Under the pieces are notes generated by a model. That model made no database searches. It was given only the letters and a program-made list of their open reading frames with translations, and was not told the origin of the DNA. Below, piece by piece: positions 37,189-44,340 of a stretch of DNA of 64,000 nt. This DNA is from an uncultured Candidatus Saccharibacteria bacterium. GTDB lineage: Bacteria > Patescibacteriota > Minisyncoccia > Phycocordibacterales > UBA2100. Both the position numbers and the translations under genes were made by a program. Numbering within the stretch: the first letter of the stretch is position 1; each line of letters opens with the position of its first letter. The stretch spans positions 105,372 through 169,371 of the forward strand of contig CAZELA010000001.1 in the NCBI GenBank assembly GCA_964512835.1, written 5' to 3'.

Positions 37189-38109
37189 ATGGCAATCGAA
37201 GTCATCGCACGCGGCAAGATCCACGCCGGCAAGAAAAGCGGCAACAACTTCCGCTTTCAGCCCGGCAGGACGCAGGGTATCGGCAAAACCGCCAATCAGA
37301 CCCTGTTCCGCTCGCTGACGTACGTTCGCGGCACGATCGCCGGGACCGACGACGGCTCGTTCAAGTACGGTGCGGTGATGGGACCCAACCAGGTGGTGTC
37401 GGGATCGGGTAATCACGCGATCCTCGATCCCAACTCCAAGGTCATCCCGGTCGTTGCGAGCAACGACACGCAGCTCGTGCCGATCCGGAAGTTCTACACG
37501 CCGGAGGAGCTCAAGAAGCCGCATCACCAGCGCGTCGCCAAGACGTTCATCGACTGGGCATCGTTCCAGTCGCAGCAGAACGGCGAGGCCAGCCTCGTGA
37601 AGTATCTCGGCAACAACACGGTGAACGTCGAGATCTGGACCGGCCTGTTCGAGAAGATGACCGAGGAAATGTACCAGCTCATCTTCGGGCTGGAGCATGG
37701 ATCGATCAACTACTCGGGCAGCAAGACTGTCGCCAGGGCCAAGAAGAAGTTGGTCGTCGACGAAACTGCGCCGGAAGGCGAGGCGATCGTCGAGGCGAAG
37801 GCGAAGTTCTCGGCCAACCTCGTGCTCGAGGATCACGCGACCGTCGTCAACAACAACGACGTCCCGCTCTGGTCCGTGCGTACGTGGGAGATCGAGTACT
37901 CGCCCGGCGACAGCGCGATCGTGCTGGTGCGTCACTTCGACGCGTTCTACGTCGTCGAAGTGAAGAAGGGCGAAGAGCTCGTCATCACCAAGTACACCGA
38001 CAAGGACGCCGCGGTCTGGAAGCGTCGCTTCCTCAAGGACTGGTCGGCGGCGCTCGCGGCGGAACGCACGAAGGCGGAAATCGACGCCAAGCTCGCTTCG
38101 GCAGCCTGA
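37189..38109 (+). CDS. hypothetical protein, 306 aa, no signal peptide, very high GC3 / expression-optimised codons
   Basis: AGGAG RBS; strong promoter and terminator; the stop is embedded in CTGATCTTTCAACTG. Confidence 0.65.
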   Translation: MAIEVIARGKIHAGKKSGNNFRFQPGRTQGIGKTANQTLFRSLTYVRGTIAGTDDGSFKYGAVMGPNQVVSGSGNHAILDPNSKVIPVVASNDTQLVPIRKFYTPEELKKPHHQRVAKTFIDWASFQSQQNGEASLVKYLGNNTVNVEIWTGLFEKMTEEMYQLIFGLEHGSINYSGSKTVARAKKKLVVDETAPEGEAIVEAKAKFSANLVLEDHATVVNNNDVPLWSVRTWEIEYSPGDSAIVLVRHFDAFYVVEVKKGEELVITKYTDKDAAVWKRRFLKDWSAALAAERTKAEIDAKLASAA

Positions 38110-38133
38110 TCTTTCAACTGGGTCTATGACCCG

Positions 38134-38172
38134 CGCGCGGCAGTGTGAACTGCCGCGCGTTTTCTATTTTTT
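38134..38172 (+). terminator. rho-independent terminator of the hairpin-TTTTCTAT type
   Basis: CGCGCGGCAG-tgtgaa-CTGCCGCGCG followed by TTTTCTATTTTTT. Confidence 0.75.
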
Positions 38173-38190
38173 GTAAGCTATCATGAATGC

Positions 38191-40323
38191 ATGTCCGCAG
38201 AGGGCCCTCAGGAACCCAAACAAAGCTGGGAGAAAGTTCGATTACTGAAAACGAATGCGGGGCTGCTTTGGTATCGCACAAAAACGGGCGAAGTGGTCGT
38301 TCTCGACGATGCCGCAGAAATGGAGCGTGACCGACAGAACGATGAACCGGGCACTCCGCCGCAGGAAGGTTATCCGGAATTTTCCGGGCGTATCGGTACC
38401 GAGGAGTTGCCGGTTACCGACGCAAATGAGATTGAGCAGAAACGCGCCGACCTCCATACGCTCGTCAATAACCTCGTCGATATTTCTACCGACTTGCGTA
38501 CGAACCTGGTGGAAGAGATCGTTGCCGCGGAGGACGACGGCGACCTCGAAGCAATTCGGCAGGGTATTGATCAATTGCTGAAAGACAAGCGCGATGCAGC
38601 GCGAGCGGCAGGTTCGGCTGCAGGACCCGCCGGTGGTGCGGCAGGGGGAGCAGCGGGCGCGGGTGCACAGACTGTGGACCAGCTGTACGACGAAACGAAG
38701 CAGAAGCACAAAGATAAGACCGCGCGTAAGCGCGCGATGCAGCGTGCGGAGCGCGATGCGATAGCGGAGCTCGATGCCGAAGAATCGGCTGCGAATCCGC
38801 TTGTGCCGAAGACTGACGACGAGGTCTTTACCGATATAGAAAAAGCAGAGGCCGATAGACTCTCCAAGCGGGATCTTGAGGATCGTGCAAAGAAAAAGGC
38901 AAAAGATGCATTCGATGCCGCGAAGGCCGCGGCACGCGTGCAGGCTGAGCAGGACGCTCAAGCAGAGAATGCGGCGAAGGTTGCGGCTGAGTTAGCGTTG
39001 GACAAGGATTACTACAACGCCCGGTTCGATAACCTCCGGCTCCACGGCATCATAGATGACACGAACGCAGTTTTTGCGCAGGACGAGGTCGCGAACGCGC
39101 AGACGAGCGAAGCGCTACGCGAGCGGTTTGATACGGAGCTCCAGGGATTAGAGTCGCGACTGCCCGAAAACCCTGCGCCGCCGGATCATGGGATCAACGC
39201 TGTCCGCAATGATACGGAATTTGCACAAATGACCGTCGAAGCGATACGCAACATCGAAGCGGTGATCGCGGTGGGCGGCAATGCAAACAGTTTGTACCAG
39301 CGGTACCGCAAACGTCTCCGTGCAGGCGATTTGAAACAGTTCGATACGAGTCTTGCACGACGCGAGAAACTGACGGGCAAACAGTTCGGTATTGATTACC
39401 GCACTATGACTCCGGCAGAGCGATTGCGAATCATGAATCCGCCCCCTGGCTTTGCAAACAGATACACGGCTAACGGTCGGATTGATCGCATCTGGATGGC
39501 GCACGATTCTGCGAAATATAAAGATCTCGTGCCGTTTTCGATGGAGGAGATACGAACGGACGATAAGAAAAAGGTCCTCTACGACCGCTTTATGAAAGCG
39601 ATCGAATACGATAATTCGCTCAAAGCCACAGTCGAGGCGGGGCAACCGTTTGATGATGCACAGCGGCAACTGCAGGAGTATTCGCAGTATGAGTTCACGT
39701 ATCAGTACAAACGTGCCGAAGTGTTGAGCGAGATGTTCACGCCGGAATTCACGAAAAAGCTCATTTATCAGAATGAATTTGTGAACTCGATCGCGGTCAT
39801 GTACGGCGTCGAGAAAACAGCCGCATTTTTGAAAGACGACGTGTTTCGTATCGCGGTTGAAGATCTCGGAACCTTTGATCGGCTCGCGCTTGCGGCCTCG
39901 CGCCTCCAGCATCTGGGTAGTGGACGATTCACAGCGATGAGTCGGGGTGAAGAGCAATTCGACATGGCTGAGATTTTTGAAACGCGGCTTCGCGATGCGG
40001 ATATACAAACCGCCATTCAGAAGGAGGCTGCGACCGGTACGAAGACGGTGGAGATGCTACCGCCCGCAAAAGAAATGAAAGACGAATTTTCTGCGGCGAA
40101 CCTGCAGAAATATTTCGACCGCGACAAAATGAAGGCAAAGATCGGCGACCGGGGCTGGGACAAGTGGACTGCGGCGGAGCGCGCAGACTTTAAGCGCAAG
40201 TGGGAGCCGGAAGAGGTCGTTAAGCGACGCGAACACAAAGAAGCGGGGCTCTACGCGCAGCTGAAGGCGGTTCTTATGGAGTCACTGTTCGGAGAGCAAA
40301 AGAAGCAGGTGAAGGCTCACTAA
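38191..40323 (+). CDS. large acidic hypothetical protein (710 aa), coiled-coil rich, Ala/Gly-rich linker
   Basis: Long ORF with protein-like composition; no TM; no recognised domain. Confidence 0.6.
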   Translation: MSAEGPQEPKQSWEKVRLLKTNAGLLWYRTKTGEVVVLDDAAEMERDRQNDEPGTPPQEGYPEFSGRIGTEELPVTDANEIEQKRADLHTLVNNLVDISTDLRTNLVEEIVAAEDDGDLEAIRQGIDQLLKDKRDAARAAGSAAGPAGGAAGGAAGAGAQTVDQLYDETKQKHKDKTARKRAMQRAERDAIAELDAEESAANPLVPKTDDEVFTDIEKAEADRLSKRDLEDRAKKKAKDAFDAAKAAARVQAEQDAQAENAAKVAAELALDKDYYNARFDNLRLHGIIDDTNAVFAQDEVANAQTSEALRERFDTELQGLESRLPENPAPPDHGINAVRNDTEFAQMTVEAIRNIEAVIAVGGNANSLYQRYRKRLRAGDLKQFDTSLARREKLTGKQFGIDYRTMTPAERLRIMNPPPGFANRYTANGRIDRIWMAHDSAKYKDLVPFSMEEIRTDDKKKVLYDRFMKAIEYDNSLKATVEAGQPFDDAQRQLQEYSQYEFTYQYKRAEVLSEMFTPEFTKKLIYQNEFVNSIAVMYGVEKTAAFLKDDVFRIAVEDLGTFDRLALAASRLQHLGSGRFTAMSRGEEQFDMAEIFETRLRDADIQTAIQKEAATGTKTVEMLPPAKEMKDEFSAANLQKYFDRDKMKAKIGDRGWDKWTAAERADFKRKWEPEEVVKRREHKEAGLYAQLKAVLMESLFGEQKKQVKAH

Positions 40324-40325
40324 GT

Positions 40326-40538
40326 ATGGACGAAAACGACATCAAGGAAATCGTACAGAAATTCGAAGCGACCGTACCGCCGGGGGATGATGAGGCGGCG
40401 CGCGTGTTTTTTGAAGAAGTGTTCCCGAATTTCTCGCAGGATTTGAAAGACGCGTTTTTGCGCGAGGCACTCGTGAGCGCCATCGAGCAATCCGCCGAAG
40501 AACTCATGGCGGGGCGAAAGGGTGATTCCGAGGCTTGA
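40326..40538 (+). CDS. small acidic hypothetical protein (70 aa), translationally coupled
   Basis: ATG lies 2 nt after the upstream TAA; its stop TGA lies inside the downstream TTGACA. Confidence 0.45.
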   Translation: MDENDIKEIVQKFEATVPPGDDEAARVFFEEVFPNFSQDLKDAFLREALVSAIEQSAEELMAGRKGDSEA

Positions 40539-40626
40539 CAGAGCCGTATTTTTATGAATTAATATTGCCGGCATCCGATCGGAGGATCGGTATAGTCGTA
40601 GTACGAACAAACCTGCGGAGGGCACC

Positions 40627-41508
40627 ATGGCGGACATCGCCGCGGCGCTTGCCGCTTTCACGCTCGCTCTATGGTCGCTCGGTATCGTGCTCATGAGCAC
40701 GGTGTATCAAGAGACCGGTGTACTGCTTGCGGCACTCGGGTTTCTGACCGGAGTGATGCACGCGATACTGCAATGGCGATCGGCGAACTCGGAATCGCAA
40801 CTTCAACCTGAACGTACAGAAAGGAATGAAACCATGACTGCACCCGAAGCTTCGGCTGCACAGCCGGTCCACATTCACCCGATGGTGGGGAAGGAGAGTC
40901 ACTTCGTCGCGTGGGTCGGATTCTTTTCGACCCTGTTGGTGAGCTTGCTCATCTTCTCGATCCTGACCGGCAACTGGATCCCGCCGACGTTCGCCATCGG
41001 TGACGCGTCGGTCGGCCCGGAGACGTACATCCCGATCATGGCGATGATCGTCTATCACTACCAGGTCAAGGTCTCGCTCGAACGTCCGGACACGCTCTTC
41101 TACGCGTGGCTGGATCTCATCGGCTCCGTGCTTCCGTTCGCGATCGCATTCATCGCGATCATGTCGTGGTTCCCGGCGGTCCGTTGGATCTTGGAGACCA
41201 TGCGGCTCTGGATCACGCCGTACACCACGCTGACACTGGTGACCGCCGGCACGTATCTCATCCTCTCGGCATGGGACGTGTTCTGGAATCACTGGCGTCG
41301 GTCGCGTGTGTTTGGGCATGGCGGCGGCGCGAGCAATGCGTTCATCGATGATGTCATCATCGGGCAGGGGGTCTCGCGCAAGCGCGTCATGCCGCTCGAG
41401 ATCATCTGGGAACCGCAGCACTTCGTGCAGCAGCCCGACGGCACGCTTCGTCGCGTGCAGCCCGAGCTGATCGAGCAGCAGACCGGTCCGGCGCCGGAGA
41501 CCCACTAA
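40627..41508 (+). CDS. hypothetical polytopic membrane protein (high GC3)
   Basis: GGAGGG RBS; 6-7 TM; flanked by the split halves of the 5757 hairpin. Confidence 0.6.
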   Translation: MADIAAALAAFTLALWSLGIVLMSTVYQETGVLLAALGFLTGVMHAILQWRSANSESQLQPERTERNETMTAPEASAAQPVHIHPMVGKESHFVAWVGFFSTLLVSLLIFSILTGNWIPPTFAIGDASVGPETYIPIMAMIVYHYQVKVSLERPDTLFYAWLDLIGSVLPFAIAFIAIMSWFPAVRWILETMRLWITPYTTLTLVTAGTYLILSAWDVFWNHWRRSRVFGHGGGASNAFIDDVIIGQGVSRKRVMPLEIIWEPQHFVQQPDGTLRRVQPELIEQQTGPAPETH

Positions 41509-41536
41509 ATACGGCTCTACGACGAGCTCTTTCGAC

Positions 41537-41572
41537 CCGGCGGCACAGCGATGTGCCGCCGGTTTTCTATTT
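41537..41572 (+). terminator. rho-independent terminator of the hairpin-TTTTCTAT type, abutting a TTGACAAA promoter
   Basis: CCGGCGGCACA-gcga-TGTGCCGCCGG followed by TTTTCTATTTGACAAAAG. Confidence 0.75.
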
Positions 41573-41599
41573 GACAAAAGTGATTTTATATGATACTTT
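41571..41599 (+). promoter_or_regulatory. promoter TTGACAAA-N17-TACTTT
   Basis: TTGACAaaagtgattttatatgaTACTTT. Confidence 0.45.
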
Positions 41600-41659
41600 A
41601 TCTGCGGTCTCTTTCCGTACAGGAGAGGGTTTTACAGTCACACAAACATGGGAGGCGTA

Positions 41660-42301
41660 ATGGCCGCTCCGGTATCACCGGGATCGCGATGGCGTATCCC
41701 GATCGTCACACCGCAGCCGTATGTCGTGCCACCTCGGCCCGTGCATGCAGCTGCTCCGGTAGTTTCCAACCAACAGCCTTCCTCGCACGAAGATGCGCGT
41801 ATGCGCGGCTTCGAGGACGGCAGGGCATATCAACGAAATGGAGGTCAGAATATGTCTGCGAAGGCCGACGACCACGGACATCACGGCAGCGGTCCGCCCG
41901 AGGGGGTAAAAAAGGCCCTCTGGTGGATCGGGGTGATCCTGATTGCGTTCCTGTTGTTCAATTGGTTCACGACCGCCTGGGATCGGTTCACCGATCCTGT
42001 CGGCTTCCGCGCCAATGAACAGCAGCGCGTGATCGACGATCTGAAGGATCGTCTGCGCGCGTACCAAAGCGGCGATGTCGGTCCGAGCCCTCGCGGTGGC
42101 ACGGGCGGCAACATCTCGCGGCTCGGAAACAACAATGCGCCTCGTCAACCGACGGCACAGGAGATCTGGGATCGTACGTTCCATCGCACGACCAGTACCT
42201 GCGCCCCGTGCGATCAGACCAGGGGATGGAATTACATCCAGGACCCCGAAACCTGTCAGTGCGATGCGGCTCGGTGGCGGCCTGGTCCGCCCCCGCGCTA
42301 A
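41660..42301 (+). CDS. single-pass membrane protein with a C-terminal Cys4 domain (CAPCDQTRGWNYIQDPETCQCD), paralog A
   Basis: GGGAGG RBS before ATG 41660; central TM helix; the last 34 aa are identical to 42482..42979. Confidence 0.6.
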   Translation: MAAPVSPGSRWRIPIVTPQPYVVPPRPVHAAAPVVSNQQPSSHEDARMRGFEDGRAYQRNGGQNMSAKADDHGHHGSGPPEGVKKALWWIGVILIAFLLFNWFTTAWDRFTDPVGFRANEQQRVIDDLKDRLRAYQSGDVGPSPRGGTGGNISRLGNNNAPRQPTAQEIWDRTFHRTTSTCAPCDQTRGWNYIQDPETCQCDAARWRPGPPPR

Positions 42302-42342
42302 GTGATCTTTCGTCCTCAAATCGAAACAATTGCGGGGACATG

Positions 42343-42375
42343 CAGACGGCTAGCGATAGCCGTCTGTTTCTTTTG
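42343..42375 (+). terminator. rho-independent terminator
   Basis: CAGACGGCTA-gcga-TAGCCGTCTG followed by TTTCTTTTG. Confidence 0.7.
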
Positions 42376-42381
42376 TAGCCC

Positions 42382-42409
42382 TTGACAAAAAGGGTAAATA
42401 TGGTAATAT
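42382..42409 (+). promoter_or_regulatory. promoter TTGACAAA-N16-TGGTAATAT
   Basis: TTGACAaaaagggtaaataTGGTAATAT. Confidence 0.55.
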
Positions 42410-42481
42410 TCTCATTAGAAGGGAGGTACCATTCGGTGCTTTCCGCTTCACATCACACAATTACAGAAAGAGGAGTGGCCA

Positions 42482-42979
42482 ATGAACAGGCTTATCGTTG
42501 CTCTCTGTGCGATTGCGTTCTTCGCATTCGCATCGCTCGGCACGGCGTCCGCGCAATACGGAGCCGGTGTCGGCACCGGCGGTACCATGGCTCTTCGCCA
42601 GGGCGTTCCGCATGCCCAGACTGTCTACGAGGACCAATGTCGGCGCATCGGTGCATATAACCATCCGATGTGCATGACCGGTCAGCGTCGTGGTCACGGC
42701 CATGGTGTTCAGGGCCGTCGCGTGATCCCGGTTTTCGCGACCGGCGCACACTACGACCGTCGCGTGGCAGCTGGGCACTACGGCCGCACAGCCGTGGTTC
42801 GCCCCGTGGCACCCCCGCCGCCCCCGCCTTCGGCACAGCAGATCTACTCTGCAGTGCCGCACAAGACGGTCAGCGTCTGCGCCCCGTGCGATCAGACCAG
42901 GGGATGGAATTACATCCAGGACCCCGAAACCTGTCAGTGCGATGCGGCTCGGTGGCGGCCTGGTCCGCCCCCGCGCTAA
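42482..42979 (+). CDS. secreted protein with a C-terminal Cys4 domain, paralog B
   Basis: AAGAGGAG RBS; signal peptide; His/Arg/Gly-rich middle; Pro7 linker; identical C-terminal 34 aa. Confidence 0.65.
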   Translation: MNRLIVALCAIAFFAFASLGTASAQYGAGVGTGGTMALRQGVPHAQTVYEDQCRRIGAYNHPMCMTGQRRGHGHGVQGRRVIPVFATGAHYDRRVAAGHYGRTAVVRPVAPPPPPPSAQQIYSAVPHKTVSVCAPCDQTRGWNYIQDPETCQCDAARWRPGPPPR

Positions 42980-43019
42980 GTGATCTTTCGTCCTCAAATC
43001 GAAACAATTGCGGGGACAT

Positions 43020-43052
43020 GCAGACGGCTAGCGATAGCCGTCTGTTTCTTTT
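43020..43052 (+). terminator. rho-independent terminator (duplicate of 42343)
   Basis: Same hairpin within repeat copy 2. Confidence 0.7.
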
Positions 43053-43059
43053 GTAGCCC

Positions 43060-43087
43060 TTGACAAAAGGGGTAAATATGTTAATAT
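43060..43087 (+). promoter_or_regulatory. promoter TTGACAAA-N16-TGTTAATAT (duplicate)
   Basis: Within repeat copy 2. Confidence 0.55.
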
Positions 43088-43147
43088 GGCAGAGGAAGGT
43101 AATCACATCCGTGATCTACCCGAAATGGCAACCATCGGAGGAATACC

Positions 43148-43537
43148 ATGCAGATTCGTATCGCCCTTGCCCTCGTGCTCGCTCTCGCCACGACCTCGGT
43201 CTACGCTCAGGCGCCCAAGAGCTACAATCCGGGACGTGTCGAGGTCGCTGCTCCTCAGCAGCAGGTGCCGCCCGCGATCGCGAAGGCGAACGCCCAAGCT
43301 GCTCCCGCTGCTCCCGCTGCTCCCGCTGCGCCGGCCCCCAAGGTCGACCGCGCCGAGGAAGCTCGCCAGGAGATCGCGCAGTGGCACAAGGCCCGCAAGG
43401 ACTGCTACAACGCGCTCGGCCTCAAGGAAGGTGTGCACTATCGTCTGAATCCGGCGGATGCGAACAACTACCAGGTGCTGAAGCAAGCGCACTTGATGTT
43501 CAACTCGGCCGGCATCACGAAGTGCGACGCCATCTGA
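43148..43537 (+). CDS. small secreted protein (129 aa, 2 Cys, PAA repeats)
   Basis: GGAGG RBS; signal peptide; high GC3; the stop is inside CTGATCTTTCA. Confidence 0.6.
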   Translation: MQIRIALALVLALATTSVYAQAPKSYNPGRVEVAAPQQQVPPAIAKANAQAAPAAPAAPAAPAPKVDRAEEARQEIAQWHKARKDCYNALGLKEGVHYRLNPADANNYQVLKQAHLMFNSAGITKCDAI

Positions 43538-43552
43538 TCTTTCACTACCGGA

Positions 43553-43630
43553 GGGGTGTGTCGGCAACGACACACCCCACCACACTTCTCGTTGAGATCT
43601 CTGTGTCCGCGTACAACGTGCACACAGAGA
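43553..43630 (+). terminator. two consecutive stable hairpins (no clean U-tract)
   Basis: GGGGTGTGTCG-gcaa-CGACACACCCC, then TCTCTGTGT-15 nt-ACACAGAGA. Confidence 0.4.
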
Positions 43631-43668
43631 CCCCAGTGAGGGTCGGATAGCACACAAGGGAGCAATCA

Positions 43669-44172
43669 ATGCGTGCGATCAAAAATGTTCTTTGCGTCGT
43701 TGCTCTTGCGCTGTTCAGCCTCACCTCCATGGTGAACGCCGCATGCGTCGAGCAATCAAAGCGGGGCCCGTTGCCCAGTGGATACGAACCTGTGCGGATC
43801 GTGTTCGCTGCGGCACAGGACGATCGCGTGTCGGATGACACGAAGGAATCGACCCTGCGCTTCCTTGTCGACGGCCTCGTTCGCGTGGCATTCGACAAAC
43901 TCGGACACGTCAAACAGGTCCATCAGTGCAGCTTCGGAAATGGGTCTGTGCTGAAGAATCAGACGTTCGTCCAGGTCCGGTACGTCAAAGTGCCGGGGAA
44001 TGATGATCTGATTCACGGGGAATCGTGGATCGGCCTGCCGAAACAGGCGATCGCGTCTAAACCGAATGTGGGCGTCGAGCTCACCTCGGGCACCGAACTC
44101 AAGGGTGTCTGGGGGAGGTCGAATGCTCACGGCCGTGAGGTCGCGACCATCACCATCAGTCCGGTCGACTGA
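43669..44172 (+). CDS. hypothetical secreted protein (167 aa)
   Basis: AAGGGAG RBS; signal peptide MRAIKNVLCVVALALFSLTSMVNA. Confidence 0.6.
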   Translation: MRAIKNVLCVVALALFSLTSMVNAACVEQSKRGPLPSGYEPVRIVFAAAQDDRVSDDTKESTLRFLVDGLVRVAFDKLGHVKQVHQCSFGNGSVLKNQTFVQVRYVKVPGNDDLIHGESWIGLPKQAIASKPNVGVELTSGTELKGVWGRSNAHGREVATITISPVD

Positions 44173-44197
44173 TTTGACCAACGGCCGAAACCATTGT

Positions 44198-44241
44198 GCG
44201 GGAGGGCAAAGTCGTGTACTTTTGCCCCCCGCATTTTCTAT
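44198..44241 (+). terminator. rho-independent terminator of the hairpin-TTTTCTAT type
   Basis: GCGGGAGGGCAAA-9 nt-TTTGCCCCCCGC followed by ATTTTCTAT. Confidence 0.7.
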
Positions 44242-44250
44242 AAGAATTGC

Positions 44251-44279
44251 TTGACAAACTAGGAATCGTGTGGTAATAT
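44251..44279 (+). promoter_or_regulatory. promoter TTGACAAA-N17-TGGTAATAT
   Basis: TTGACAaactaggaatcgtgTGGTAATAT. Confidence 0.55.
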
Positions 44280-44340
44280 AAACGGGTCGAAAATTATTCA
44301 CTTTTTATTGGAGATTTAGAAGACGTTAAACAAAAAAGTT

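Larger units (their letters stand above)
42199..42410 (+). repeat. direct repeat copy 1 (212 bp): gene 3' end + terminator + promoter
   Basis: About 98% identical to 42877..43088. Confidence 0.85.
42877..43088 (+). repeat. direct repeat copy 2 (212 bp)
   Basis: See copy 1; 2-3 mismatches, all in the promoter segment. Confidence 0.85.

Noticed and set aside
38242-38961. 239-aa minus-strand ORF
   Set aside because: Antisense to the 710-aa gene 38191..40323.
40669-41577. 302-aa minus-strand ORF
   Set aside because: Antisense to membrane-protein gene 40627..41508; Arg/Asp-rich.
17989-43545. Integron attC sites behind cassette stop codons
   Set aside because: No RYYYAAC / GTTRRRY core sites, no intI; the hairpins are short GC stems with U-tracts, i.e. 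terminators.
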